Notes: generated from the letters alone by a model not told the origin. A DNA stretch of 64,000 nt from the human T2T-CHM13v2.0 reference genome, Homo sapiens (GCF_009914755.1 NC_060936.1), one strand, 5' to 3'. Counted from the first letter of the stretch, positions 14,113-29,030 are shown. Program-made: numbers and translations.

Positions 14113-14688
14113 TGTGGATTGACTCATTCTATATCCATTCTTCCCTTCTTAATTGGAGAAGGAGAGAAAAATAAAAACAGATTTCTAGACCTTCTAGCTG
14201 TGAGGATTCTAGATACAGATTAGGTCCTGTCTGTTAGGTGGACTCAAGAGAAATTCACAAGGCAAAATGAAAAGGAAGCCATTTTCCCAGTCCATTTCAG
14301 CTGTTGACCCAGGCAAGCAAGGTGGAAAGAAACAGGATCTTGCCTGCAGCAGGGTTCAAACGTCCATTCTGCAGCTACCTGTGCTTTGAGAAGTATTTGC
14401 AGCTGATGCAGCACTAGGAAGAATTTCTTGACTATGGCTTTCTGGTCACTGGTTGGCAGCTATGAAGTATGTGATTTCAACTCATGATCTCCAGCAATAG
14501 CGTCAGAATTGGTAATTCTTCCAGAAGGGCAGTTCTTTGCTCTGAAATTACTCCTGAAGAGCTAGCCTGAAGGCTGCCCCTCAACTCTTACAATAATTTT
14601 GTAAGTTCTCAATTTCTGTCTGAAATCTCTTCCTAATCAGTATACCTAGAAAGTCTTCTTTTTTTCTGCACTGAACATTGATTGATAC
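14113..14688 (+). mobile_element. LTR33-like ERVL LTR
   Basis: ctagctgtgaggattctagatacagattaggtcctg motif; ends ctgcactgaacattgattgataca; L1 resumes after it. Confidence 0.55.
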
Positions 14689-14847
14689 AACAGATTAATG
14701 CAAATTAAAATTATGCCCATTTCACAGCCTTCCTATAGGCAAAAATTTTCATTTCTGATACTAATCAAGCATTGCTGAGGAGAGCAGGAAGTAGTAGTCA
14801 ATGAGAAAGCTATCAATTATAATTTTTAACATCAAAAAGATAGGGAA

Positions 14848-15050
14848 CAGGCAATATAGCTTACTGATTAAGGATATAGTTTCAGATCCAGATAAGCAAC
14901 GGTTCAAATCATGGCTCTCCTAGTTACCTTGGAAAGTCCCTTTATCCAAATTTCAGTGTCCTCAGCTCTAATATGTATAATAGAAAAAAAAAGCCCTAAG
15001 TATAGTGAGAGAATTAAATGCAACAATGAATAGTGTTTATTGTGTCTAAA
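14848..15050 (+). mobile_element. MIR
   Basis: ggttcaaatcatggctct...ttaccttggaaagt...tcagtgtcctcagct. Confidence 0.7.
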
Positions 15051-15819
15051 AATATCAGATTATAATTCTAATAAATGAAACTGAGAAAAATACAATGTAC
15101 ATGGGAAACAAAAGTGAAATTCTAGAAAATAAAAAAACCTCTGGATATATTAGAGCTTTGGAGGAAATGAGCAATTCACATCTTCTGGAGTTTTCAGATT
15201 GTGCCGAAGAATGAGATTACCCATTCTTTTTATATATAATTTATTGTTTTATTTCCCCACTGATCTATTTGCTGTAATCATCACTCTCAAATTGTCTCCC
15301 TCAGTTTATTTCACTCCAGGCTTTTCGTCTCAATGTCAAGTTGTGGACACTGACCCTGACCTTCATGGGATGATGGGTGCCCTGCTAAGCCCTTCTCTGC
15401 TCCGTGGCGATGGTCCCACTCTGACCATGGAGAAGAAGCAGTGATCTTAAAGTTTCCCAGAATATAACTCAGACCAAAGGGAGAATGTAAACAAGGCTTG
15501 CTGTAGGCTTGTGAAAAAGGATAATACACCAAATATCTTAAAACTGCTTTAAGTTGTGTCTCTTCTTAAGACTCCCATATTGAAAGCAAAAATCAGAGCC
15601 CTTGTGTTACACTGACAGTCTTTACACAGCAGTAATCAGCTGCTCGCCGACCACCAGGTTCTCCAGTTATCTCCAAACTGTAACATGCAGGCCCAATCTC
15701 TTTTGGCCTACAGAAAAATGGAGATTTATTTCAGATCTTGCTCCAGGACAACTGTGGAACATTTTCATTTGTTTCAGGCAAAATTCTATAGCTCAACGTG
15801 AGTTTTGATGCCCCAAAAT

Positions 15820-18260
15820 CTGTTAATAATTAAGTACAATGTTTTACACTGATAGGTATTCTGATGTTGAACTATCTTTGCTTTCCAGAGATGAGCCAAA
15901 ATTTGATCATAATGCATTATTCCTGTAATGAACTACTGCATTAATTTAACATATATAATTTTACATTTAGCTTTCTAGATGAAATTATCCCTCAGCTGGC
16001 CTTTTCTGTGAAGTTTTTGTCTGGTTTTGTATCTAAACAATGCTAACTTCAAAAAGTTAGTTCTATAACATGGCATCATTTTTCATATTCTGAAACAGAT
16101 ATAAAAAGCAGGAATTCCTGTTTCTTGATGATTTAGTAGACCTCTCCTGTAAAATCACCTTTGCCTTGTATCTTTTTCTTTAAATTTTTGTGGATACATA
16201 GTAGGTGTATATGTTTATAGGGGTAGATTAGATACATTGATACAGACATGCAATAAGCAATAATCATATCATGGAAAATGGGGTATCCATCCCCTGAAGC
16301 ATTTATCCTTTGTATTATAAATAATCCAGCTATTCTTTTTATTTTTAAATGTACAATTAAATTATTATTGACTATAATCACCCTATTGTGCTATCAAATA
16401 CTAGGTCTTATTCATACTTTCTTTTCCAAAACCACATTCCACAACTGCCCTTCCCAGCCTTTGGTAACCATCCTTCTACTTTCTATCTCCATGAGATCAA
16501 TTGTTTTGATTTCTAGCACCTACAAATAAGTGAGACAATGCGAAGTTTGTCTTTTTGTGTCTGACTTATTTCACGTAACATAATGACCTCTAGTTCCATC
16601 CCTGTTGTTGCAAATGACCAGATCTCATTTTTTAATGGCTAAATAGTACACCATTATGTATATGTACCACATTTTCTTTATCCAATTATCTGTTGATGGA
16701 CATTTAGGTTTATTCCAAATCTTGGCTATTGTGAATAGTACTGCAACAAACATGGGAGTGCAGATATCTCTTCAATATACTGATTTCCTTTCTTTTGGAT
16801 ACATACCCAGCAGTGGGATTGTTGGATCATATGGTAGCTCTATTTTTAGTTTTTTGAGGAACCTCCAAATTGTTCTCCACAGGGGTTGCACTAATTTACA
16901 TTTCCACAAACAGCATATGAGGGTTCTCTTTTCTCCACCTCCTCACCAGCATTTGTTATTGCTTGTCTTTTGGATAAAAGCCATTTTTACTGTGGTGAGA
17001 TGGTATCTCATTGTAGAACTGACTTGCATTTCTCTGATGATCAGTGATGTTGAGCACTGTTTCATATACCTGTTTGCCATTTGTATGTCTTCTTTTGAGA
17101 AATGTGTACTCAAATTTTTTGCCCATTTTTAATCAGATTATTAGATTTTTTTTTCCTGTAGAGTTGTTTGAGCTTCTTATATATTTTGGTTATTAATCCC
17201 TTCTCTGATGGGTACTTTGCAAATATTTTCTCCCATTTTGTGGGTTGTCTCTGCACTTCGTTGACTGTTTCCTTTAAGTGTGGAAGCTTTTAAACTTGTT
17301 GTGATCCCATTTGTCCATTTTTGCTTTGGTTGCCTGAGCTTGGGGAGTATTACTTATGATATTTTTGCCCGGACCAATGTCCTAGAGAGTTTCCCCAATG
17401 TTTTATTGTAATAGTTTCACAGTTCGACATCTTAGATTTAAGTCTTTAATCGGCTTTGATTTGATTTTTGTATATGGCAAGAGTTAGGGGTCCAGTTTCA
17501 TTCTTCTGCATATGGATATCCAGTTTTCCCAGCACCACTTATTGAGGAGACTGTCCTTTGCCCAATGTCTGTTCTTGTTAGCTTTGTCAAAAATGAGTTC
17601 ACAGTAGGTGTGTGGATTTGTTTCTGGGTTCTCCAGTCTGTTCATTGGTCTATGTGTCTGTTACCTGGGTTCTCCAGTCTGTTCATTGGTCTATGTGTCT
17701 GTTACCTTCGCATTACATCTATTGCAGGATGATGACATCACCATTTTACTTTCTCTTACTGTAATTGGTTCATTCAAGACTTTTTAAAATTAATTTATAT
17801 CTATTTTATTTTTCATTTTATCTAGATTCCTTTTCCATTCCCGATGTTATGATTGCTTTCTGCTCTTGATTAGTTTTTCTATTGTCTTGTCTACTTTGTT
17901 AGTTTTTGTAAAGAAAAAATTTTTGAATGTATTGATTACCATAATTGGCTTTTGTGTCCTATTTCATTATTTCTGTCTTATATTTATCTCCTCTTTCATT
18001 TGGATTTATTTTATTTTCCTTCTAGCAGTTTCAGGAGTTGAACATGTAACTTGTTTATTTTTAATATGTGTAATTTATTAAGAAGGTTTGTATATGGTGT
18101 TTCTATGGTCATTCAATTGTAAATGTTTATCATTTCTATGTAGGTTTTCTTTTTAATCAATAAATTATATATAAATATGCTTTTTAGTTTCCAGATGGGG
18201 TGGGTTATTGGTTAGTTAATGAGTTTTCTGCAAAAAGAAAATAAGTTGTACACATTGCTT
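15820..18260 (-). mobile_element. Old L1M ORF2 fragment hosting an L1MA insertion
   Basis: ttttgtctggttttgtatc, tgttgaactatctttgc; T-rich decayed L1 continues after 17720. Confidence 0.6.
16174..17703 (-). mobile_element. L1MA2/3-like 5'-truncated LINE-1
   Basis: Reverse 3' UTR and ORF2 C-terminus; decayed TSD acctttgccttgtatct (16157-16173) vs accttcgcattacatct (17704-17720), 13/17 identical. Confidence 0.9.
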
Positions 18261-21200
18261 TCTACCCAAATAATAATTTTTTTTATTATACAGCTTTAGC
18301 ATAATTTGGTCGTAAGATATTCCATACTGCCAATTGCTCATAATTTATATAATCATCCTATTCGTGTTTTTTAGCTTGCTTTTAATTTTTTCTTGTTCAA
18401 GTTAATGCTTTAATAACTTCAAGCACAATGCTTTTTCTTTTCCTTCTGGAGAAAATGGAGCTCGATATTGATAAGAGAAACCTGAAAATCTGGGGCTTCA
18501 CTAGGGAAAAGATTTAGGATAGTATCCTAACGCAGAATTAAATGTGGGGAAGGAATGCTGTCAGTACCACTAAAGGGATAATTTTCTGTTTCAAATAAGA
18601 CGAAATTCAGGGAATTAAGTACAGATGAACATCATTAAATTTAGAAAGCCATAATGATACATAAGCCATGAAGACAAATCAAGATATATTTTAAATACAA
18701 CACAGCATATTATACAATACGGTATTCATTAGCAGTCATGCCCAAGAAAATTGCTTTCTGTGTCTCTTGGATTTTGAACAGATCCTTGAGTAACCAGTTG
18801 CTGTTTTTATCTGGGCTACAGCATTTAGGTCTATTTTCCCAAGCATTCCACATCTCATTCATAATTTCAAAAGCACATGAGGCATGGATGTGCAAAAAGT
18901 GCAGGACATGACAGACAAGGATCTTGCCACCAGAGAAGACCTTTTCCACCCTTGCCATTTTCAGGGACTTGCAGAGAGAGCCCTTTCCTCTCCCTCAGGA
19001 CATTTCCATTTCCTCCAACTCCCCTGCTTGGACGTTTCTTTTTCTAAGTTTAATTGAGTTTTACTTATTTACTTATTTGTTTATTTTAATATTCAGATCT
19101 TTACAACAAAACAATGTTGTGATCTTCTTTTTGATGGGAATATGCTTTATTCTTTCTAAATAGCAGCCAAAAAACCAAAATGCATGTTACCTTTTCTTGA
19201 CCCTTAGTAACTCCTTGTGACATACTCATCAATAAGCCACCACAATGTCACCTTTCTGAGTGTTTTAAAGAAAATGTAAAGACAACTTAAGTCCTGGTTA
19301 AAAATCAAACTAGGTATATTTTGTTGATGTTTTTTTGCCTGAAAGGGATCTCTTACTTGCCTCCCTCTGCTTTATGTAACTTTGTCCAGCTCCGCCCTGG
19401 AGGTTTGCACAATGTCTACAATCAAACATGACAGAGACTGTGGATTTTAAATAACATTTCCCTTCATAAAGGAGCTGAGAAAAGAACGCCATTTCAGCCG
19501 TTCAAATGTGCTGTTAGAGCAGGTAATATTAGCATTATCCTGGGAGGAAATCTAAAACTTGGTGGTCTCTTGAGTCACTCAAGTTAAAGTTTTAGTGGAT
19601 TCAACATTAAAAGGGATTTGGAAACCATTAAGGGACTACAGTAGTGCTGCTGTTCTCAGAGTCTCCCTGCTTTTGATGACTTTTCTCTTTGCCTCCATGA
19701 CCATGTCTCCTTCCTGGTTTCTTATAAAACCAACGTAAAAATAATTTTAAAAGAGAAGATACATACCTAAACAAAAAAGAATAAACTAGGTAAAAAATAA
19801 AGATGATTAAAACAAAGTTGACACCATAAAATAAAAGTTAGAAAGGCGAGGTAAAGAAATAAAATGGGATACGAGAAGAGTAGTTAACATTTGTAAGTTG
19901 AGGAATAAAATAAGCTAAATGAAAATAATATAATGGGTAAAATCACAATTTTATTCTAGAGCAAAATCAAACAAACTATAAAATCTTGGGGGAAAGGTTT
20001 AAAAGCATACACATTAACAATGGTTTACAATGGATAAAACTAGTAAAAGATAAAACTAAATTACAAACTAAGAGATTGAGAACAAGAAATAATTTGAGTA
20101 ATAAGGTATCTTAAAAAAAGCAAAACTTTTTATCCAGCCCCCCAACTCAAAACCTCTTTAGGTAATTCTCCTGTTCTCTATCTTGTTAGCCATAATATGG
20201 CTGGCAATGTCTTCAGAGGAAAAAAGACCATTGTGCTCTCATCACTGCATGTGCTGTCCATTCTTTCCAAGAGTCTCATCAGGCCCAGCTGCACAGGGGG
20301 TTTGCCATACTGATGCTTTGGTTTTCACAGTCATGTCTGGAGGAACATAGTTTCTCCTCAAACTGAACTCCCCAGACTGCCATTACTTCTCTGTCATCTC
20401 CCTCCACTTCCCACCAACCTTCAGATTCCATATGAACACAAAAAAGGGTGAGAGCAGCACAGACAAATTCTTACTAAGGTGACCCTTGGGAGACAAACTA
20501 CATGCCATTGCCAAGAGGAATCTGCCACTGAGAATGACAGTCCTGACTCCTGAGTTTCTAGGAATGGAGTGAGTTTGGAGGAACCAACGTTTGCCAAAGA
20601 GCACCGAGGAATGGGTTAGTGTCTAGAGATCATTTCATAACCTAAATACAATGCTCTGGGATTGATTGCAGCCCTGAATTAGTCCTGCAGCTCCACCAGC
20701 TCCCTAAGCACACTGGGATGGAGGCTGCAGAGTCTCAGATCCCCCCACCCACTTGTATCCATCAACTCTTTCTCCTCCAAAGGCATGCAAGGAAACATGC
20801 TATCTGGATGTAAATAAATACATGCAAAGCCTCAGAGCAAATTCCCAAGTTGCCACTTCTCCTCAATAGGTGTGCCCAGATAGCTCCTACGGGGATATTC
20901 TGGAGCCACCATAAGCTCCACTAGACAATTTCTAGGAGGCCCTGGAAGGCACCACCCATGGTGGCAGCAGTGGGACCTCCTCAGGGAGGCCCTCAGCACA
21001 GCGATGTCATTTCAGAGGCTAGCCAGAGAGTGGCAGCTTTGACACTCTGAAACAACCTCATTTCTCCTGATCATAGGAACCAGCAATAGCGAGAGTGACA
21101 ATATGCATATTTACCTATTGATATTTAGTGGAGAAAGTGAAGAACAGCTGTGTCAATTTGTTCATGGATATATGTCAGACATCTCCTTAGGACCCCAAGG

Positions 21201-24064
21201 AATGAGTGGGGGGAGGGTACACGGCAGGGCCTTGAAGACCTGTAATAATTGGAGGGTTGTAAAACAAAGAGCCATCAAAATATTCCTCTCTATTCCATTT
21301 TTACTCCAAGTTTGCTGTGGCTAGGGAAAATGTGCAAAGGCATAAAGAAGGTAACTAAAAATGACAGTAGCCTGAAGTTCACAACTGAGATGAAGTCTGA
21401 TATAAGTTGAACATCCTGTAATAATATCTCAGCCCTCGATTCTCTAACTCTCCTTAAGGTTTTATTCCTTAGGGCATCACTCTCTGTCATGATATAATAT
21501 CGTCTCCACCTTACCAGTTTGCAAAGAAAAAGGAATGTCATGCTTAACAGATAACTTGGAGAAGGTCCAAAAGATCATAACAAAACTGAGCAGGGCTGTT
21601 AAAATGAGCAATTAGAAAATGTTAAAGGAATCAGAGCGATGTGTCCTTGAGAAAAGAAAAATAAGGATGGCTTCGTAAGAAGTTCAGGAATTTCCTTTTC
21701 AGACCTGAATAAAAGTTTTTGATTAGATAGAGGGGATACAGACAGGAGATGTAGAGGAATGTCAATGGAGGTGTACACTGAAGGACAACTCTTTGTAGCA
21801 ACCAGCGGAAAAAAAATGAAGCATCAATAACAAACACAACAAAAAGTGTGTGTGCAACAATTCATCTTTAAAAAATACACATTAAAACTCTACATTAAAT
21901 TCAACCTCAAAATTTAGAAAGAAGATTAGATAGTATTTGAAACTTGGAGAGAGAGGTATTCTGTTACTAGGAACATATTAAGTAATATGAATTATTATTT
22001 GTCTTTGGACCTGTGAGAGGTGCTGTAGAGAAACATCTAGAACAAAAACAAAAGGCAATGTCTGAGACAAGGCAGAAAGAAATGTATTACTAAACTTATT
22101 CCACAGAAAATCATTTGATATATGTAGAAAAATATATGAATACAATATCTAGAAAATAAAAAGAATTTCTGAACTGCCATAAAGTTCAGAAGCCTGGGGC
22201 TTAGCAAGCCTGTCAAACTTCTTTTTAATATAAAAGAGAAGGAATTGGTCATGGAATGTTCTTCCTTAGGCGATTATATATTTCACATGACTGCTAGGCA
22301 GCTGTCAGTGTCAGTAATGACACTATGAAAATGGAAATCTTAAAAAAAGGTCCTGTTTATATTGATAAAAAAAACCTGTACTAACCAAGTGAAAGAAACA
22401 CAATAATGAGAAAATATATGAGTAGTGATCCAAATAAACAGTTCTTTATTATCTCTGAAGTTTCCCAAGAAAATTCTGATAAAAAGAAAGTGAATCTGAA
22501 TTTGTCAAAGAAGATAAGAGATAATATCAGATTTGAGTCAAAAGAGGATGACCTTTTTACTCCCCTCATTCTTTAAAACAATGAATGAAAGTTCACCAAT
22601 AAAGATTTACAGCAACACCTCATTTTTTCATTTTACTTATTTTACGTATTTTACTCATAGCATTAGGCAAGGAAGGAGCATCAAGTAACAGGCTTGCAAT
22701 GGTCTGAATCAAGCTCTGGCCTCCGTAGACAGGTAGATTTCTGCATTAGCTGTTCGTTCATCCAGTTTTAAAGATATCCATTGTTACAACTCCAAAATCT
22801 CCTCAATAGTACATTCCCATTTGAAGAGTTCTCCCTTTGGTCTAACTAGTGTTTACATATACAAATCAACCATCTTTTCTTGATTAGATACAGGCTGGTC
22901 TTTGTTGTTGGTCTGTAATATTCTCTTTGCCAGGTCAAATAGTAACAATTCCTTTAACCTTTCTTTTGTTGTTCTTGTCTGGACCACATACTCATAGGAC
23001 GTCACGGTTTTTAAGGAAAGAGACTTTTACAAAACGATTACACTGTACTACCAAAGGGTTCAGGGCGAGACAAATAAGGCAAATAGCTTCCCACTATTAT
23101 GCATTTGGGTTTTATTTATTTAAGGGTGCCATATTAAGGGTCAAATTGAGCTATCTTAAAATAGCAGGATATTATTCATAATGGTTGGCTAATAGGTCAG
23201 GTTACCTGGAGAAGAGGTGTTCTTTGTAAAAACAAAAATTCACACTCTCTTAAATCATGTAACATTGAAAATAAATAGGAATCAATTCATAAGAAACATT
23301 TATATTCATACACAGAAATAAAGCATTAATTAAAGCTACAAATTGTTAACTACAAATTATTATTTGTTAACGGTAATCAAAGTGGGAAATAAAATTTAGA
23401 AATGTCCTTTTCCTTCCTCCTGCAGTTTTAAAATTCTTTATCACTCCAGATATTCCTGTCTTCAGACTCCATAGCTTAGCACTGAAGCATAGTCAGAAAA
23501 AAGTGGTCAAATTTGGTTCACAGCACCTGCCAAGGACCTACTTTCTCCCTTACCTATGCTACCCAGAGGCGAAATGGCAAATCAGCACCCGACAGCCACC
23601 TAGCTTCAAGGCAGGAAATAACCTACACTATAGATATATTCATTCATGTTCCAGTATAATAAAATGCTGGAGCAAACAAACACAGACTGGGCTTTCATTT
23701 TCAATAAAGTGGCATATAGCTATAGTCTCTTTTCTCCCCCTGGGCTTCAGGCCATGCCCTCCACTTGGCCAATGTCAGTTTGTCCACTACCCCTTCACAC
23801 AATGCTTGACCTGGTAAGTCTATGATCCCCACAACTGGTGCACTCTCCTTCTCCTAGTTTGCCAACATCACTCATCTGATACTTTTACATAAAGACCTCT
23901 TCAGGCTCTACCTCCATGGTATGACTTTTTTTCTCATTAAATAAAAATAAAGCTTCTTCTCAATTAATGGCATAGAGCAACTCTTTATATCCTAACCTAT
24001 TGTACATGATAACCCTTAATTTTTTCCTTTCTGTTTGCTGTATGCTTTAATTCAGCATATAATC

Positions 24065-24220
24065 TAACAGTGGCTTGTTATCAGTTTCCTCAGCCTATTG
24101 TCATCTGTTTTCAATTGCAAACTTTAAAGAGCAGCAGGGAGCATGTCTGTGAACTGCTCTGTATGGTATCCAGCACAGCACTACACAGAGGTCAATGTCG
24201 ACTGGATGTTCATTAATGAC
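24065..24220 (+). mobile_element. L2 3' end relic
   Basis: gcaaactttaaagagcagcagggagcatgtctg...ccagcacag. Confidence 0.45.
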
Positions 24221-25630
24221 AGTGTGCAGGAGGTTCTGTCTTCCCAGTTCCCTCTTTTATTGAACTGTCCACTAGTGAAAGAGTGTTTAGGAAAATTTTT
24301 TTTGTTAGAGTCTAATCAGAATGCCACAGCACTGTTTCCCTCTTTGTGCCATGCCCTACAGTGGCTCTGGCATTTGAGTGAGGGGCAAAGGAGAAAGAAG
24401 GCCAATGTTTCACGTTAGGCTATGATATAGAAGGTTTAGAACATGGTGTTTTATTGGTGGGGAATTGCAATTCCATTTGAATTATACAAAATGCTCCTCA
24501 GCAAAGGAGCTTGGTTGCTTCCTTCTTTCCTTCTTTTCTTCCTTCCTTACTTTCTTTCCCTTGAACCATTCAGCTTTGAACAATTACAATGCAGAAGATT
24601 TTATATCACCAAAGACATAATTACATGGTGAATGTAAGAAATAACAGTTTGGTACAAGTTTCTATAGAAAATATATTTTGCATTGTTATTTCACATACTT
24701 TCACCTTACCTTGAAAGAAAAGCTCTTTCAAAGAAGCGTTTGGCTTTTCATCATCTATCTGTTTAGCCATCGCTCCTGGCATATGCATATATAGGTTCTG
24801 TGAGTTAACAGAAACAACCCTTTTGTTTCTCTTAAAGATGTCTAAGTAAAGTTTCAAGTAGCCAATTAGCTTTTTGACCTAAGCTTTGTTGGCTGCAGAA
24901 AGCCTGAATCCCAGGAACATTTGGTTCTCAAGGCATTTGGATCCCATAAGAAAGATTCAGTGCCAGCACCAATCAGAATGGCTGCCAGTTGTTATTCTTC
25001 TTCACAACTGGCGGCCATTTCCAGCACTGTTACGGAGCCGTGATCAATCTCTGCACCTGTCTATCAGTGGATGTTCATAGAGAGAACAGTGTGGGCTGCA
25101 TCTGCAGATACCACATGTAACTAAAGGGGAGAAAGGGGAGGGAGACTGTAAACCCCTGAATATGTAAGTGAGAAAGGCTACAGGGAGAGAAAAAAATGCA
25201 AGGAAATATGCAACAACTAAGTATATGCCATTAAATAAAGTCAAAATAAAAGAGGAAAAGAATGATCTATAATAGGATGTTTTTTGTTGGAATACAGTTC
25301 CCACTCCATGTGTAAACTTAGTCTTAAACCTTGAACAGATTATCTGAATGTTTCATGTATTTATCTTGTCTTTGCAACAATATTTCAAGCTTCCTACCAA
25401 ACCACAGAGTCTTATTATATTTACATACCCTATATCCTATGTTGCCTTCTGTGCCTATAATTGTGTGTTACTGTGTAAGAACTTGGCATGTTCATTGTTT
25501 TCTATAGGTCTTTTTCTTTTAGTAAATCTATTATCAACCTATTTCTTACAAACAATTTAGCTATAATTGTGACAATTAATAAAAGAGATTGCAATATGCC
25601 TTTAACCAGGAATCTATAAAGTGTTCATGA

Positions 25631-26021
<391 letters not shown>

Positions 26022-27197
26022 AAAATATTAGACTTCATTTAAAAGTATTGCTTTTTTATCTTTGCAAATGTATATATTTATGTCTTTCATATATTGAGTA
26101 CAAGGTGCAATGTATGATTCCTGAAGCCCTTTAATACTGTGTTGAAAGCTGAGTTCACATTGCATGAAATTTCTGTTTAATTGCCCTGCAATGAACTTCG
26201 CCCCTCAGCACTTCTCTCTCAGTGAGCTTAGAATGCTTTACATAGTCAATCAATAAAGTTAACAGTTTAATGTTCCTTCTCTTATTTCATAATGCTGTTT
26301 TATAAGTATTCTTTTCAATTTCTGTATTCAATAAAACTTCTTTGAATAAATGGATTTGTGTTAGTTTAAAATTGGAATGGGGAAAAAGCATTTTCTAAAA
26401 TCTTAACTCTAACAAGATGTCTCATATAGTTGAAAGATCAAACAGTCTGAAAGAAAGAGTGGAAACACAGACATATTTCAAATTTAACAAAACATTAAAA
26501 ATATTCCACATATGTCTAGGGATCTCAGCCCTCTGTGGTACCAGTTGAATCAGATCAAGGAATAGGCATTTTAGAGAAAAAATGTATATATGTAGGAAAA
26601 AAATCTATATCTATATCCACCTATCCATCCATATTTCTTGAGATTATGACCATACGGATTTTTAAATGGAAATTGAGAATACAGGAAAAGATATCTGGAA
26701 TTCTTGTGTCTAGGATAGTCAAAGGCTGTACGCAGATATATTATTTGATTGAATTCACAATATCTGTAGACTCTTGTCTTAAAAAAAGGCTCAGAAATAT
26801 ATATTATTTTCAAGACAGCCTACAGCTCAGCTCATCTGATAAAACTTAGTCCAAAAGGATGGCAAGTTTTGTATCTTCTAAGGTTAAACAATGTATTTCT
26901 TCTACAATAAAAACACTGACTTTTATCAACTCTACCAGAGCCTAATGTAAATTGTGACAGAATTCTCCTTAATAAAGTGTCATTACTTACGGATTTTTCT
27001 CATATTTTCTAATGAAAAAGTAAACAAGACTTCTCAGGACTCAGCTGGGAAGAAAGCAAATGATTATATTTCTTGAGTATCATTTTAAGAGATAGATGCT
27101 CAATATTTCTGTTTTGGAATATAGTCTTTTTATCTGGATGACAATAAAGACATGAGCTATCCCACAGAGTTAAGAATTCTGTAATTAATTTGCTGAC

Positions 27198-27551
27198 TGC
27201 TATAGCCTGAATGTTACTGTCCCTCCAAAATTCATATGTTAGAGCTTAACCCCCAAGGTAATAATATTAAGAGATAGGCCTTTGGGAAGTGATTTGGTAA
27301 TAAGTGCTCTACACTCGTGGATGGGATTAGCGCCCTTATAAAAGGGCTTCTGGGAGCAAGTTTAGCTCCTTCTTCCATGTGAGGAAGCAGCAACAAGTGC
27401 CATCTATGAAACAGCGAGCCTTCACTGGGCAACGAATCTGCTTGCACCTTGATCTTGGACATCCCAGCTACCAGAACTATGAGAAATAAATTCCTATTAT
27501 TTGTGAACTACCATGTAAGGTATTTTGTTATGGCCCAAACAGACAAAGACA
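27198..27551 (+). mobile_element. MSTD/MLT1A-type MaLR solo LTR
   Basis: tgctatagcctgaatg...gcaccttgatcttggac...aataaattcc...aagaca; TSD ctgac/ttgac. Confidence 0.88.
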
Positions 27552-28944
27552 TTGACCATTAAGTGTTTCAAACTACAGTCCTGAGATAATATAGTTTCAT
27601 GATCACTTGAAATTGATCATTTGAAACACAGCGTAGAGGAAGCCTCTGGGCAATTTGGTGAAGTGGTGAAGTTGGTCTTCAGCATCCTCCATTGCTCTTT
27701 CTGTGCACACACTTCCCTTTTACTGCTCACTATTATAGTATTCTTTGTGGGCAGCCCAGTGATCCAGATTTTGCTCTCATCTTTCTCAATGAAATCTCCC
27801 TCTATCAAAACTTGGCAGTTTCATGTCTAAATCCCTTGTCTCCAGTAGGAAAAGTAAAGTAAACTGATCAATTAACTGACTTTAACATTTGAGTGGTTCA
27901 TAACAGTTTTATCTGATGTTCTTCCTCTCAGATGACCTGACCATCATAATAATAGCAGAATATGTACCACGGAGACTTTAAGCATGTTGCAAGACAAGTG
28001 AGCAGATACTTGGGGCAAGAGTATCAGTGCCCATGAAATCAAAAACATAAAGAGGGCTACTCTTTCAAGAAGTCACACTTTCTACATGGATGTTGGGCCT
28101 TGAGGAAGGTGAAGACTTGGCAATCCTCACCACTTCTTGCGTATTGCTTTTGCTGCTAGTCCAATTTCTTAAATAGCAACCAGTCCAGTTGACTACGTCT
28201 AGCTATCTTACTGCTCCTGGAGTTTGGAGGTAAAGATTCCTCCAGAACTAACCCATAATGTAAAACTTGAGGCTTAAAACCGTACTAACAAGTTTTTCCC
28301 CTTCCTCTGGCTTTGATTCCAATCTTGTAGGCGTGAGTTTCTGACATTGTGCTTTCTTCTCTGAGCACCTTAGCTTCACTTTCTTCACCTAACCATGAGA
28401 AACTGGCTGGCTGCTGATTGTCCCCAGAGGTTTGCTAAAAAGTGAAGGATGAAATAGCGTAAGATTTATTTTTAGACTTTTGTATGCCCTTAATGAGGAA
28501 AAGAGAGTTTTGTATAACACCACAGGTCCATATACTGACAGCAAGGAAGCATACCTCCATATGGCATCAAATTCCTGCTGCAAGCAGAATTCAAGCAAAT
28601 AAAAAATAGAAGAGACAGTCACCTTTACTGTAATGTAACTTATCGTCATTTTCTTGCTGGAGTATAAAAGTGGCAAGCAGAGATAAAGCCACAAAGTATT
28701 ATTTTATGAAGTCAACATTACTACTTTCAAGCCAAGTTAACATGCAATGACTGTAACAAATTCACATTTCAGTGTCAATAAAATGTGAGATTACAAAATT
28801 GCTTTTATTATAAAAGAAATTCAATAAAAAGTTAAGTATCAATCTGAAAAGTGCAAAGCAGAAAGGCTTCTAATCGATCAGTCATGCATTCACTAAATAT
28901 CAATAAAACACCTACTTTGTACAATAAATAGTGTTTATGATGAA

Positions 28945-29030
28945 TTTAGATACACTAACTCATTTAATCCTCAAAATAACCCCATGAAATCAACATGAGA
29001 CTGAGAGAAGTTATGTAACTTGCCAGTACT
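28945..29030 (-). mobile_element. MIR fragment
   Basis: ctcatttaatcctcaaaataacccc...gagactgagagaagttatgtaacttgcc. Confidence 0.65.

Noticed and set aside
15320-15490. Good acceptor followed by GC-richer sequence
   Set aside because: No convincing donor and no recognisable peptide
16656-17132. Longest ORF (158 aa)
   Set aside because: Antisense frame of an L1MA ORF2 3' end
19569-19583. Palindrome cttgagt-c-actcaag containing TGAGTCA
   Set aside because: Isolated short motif at chance level
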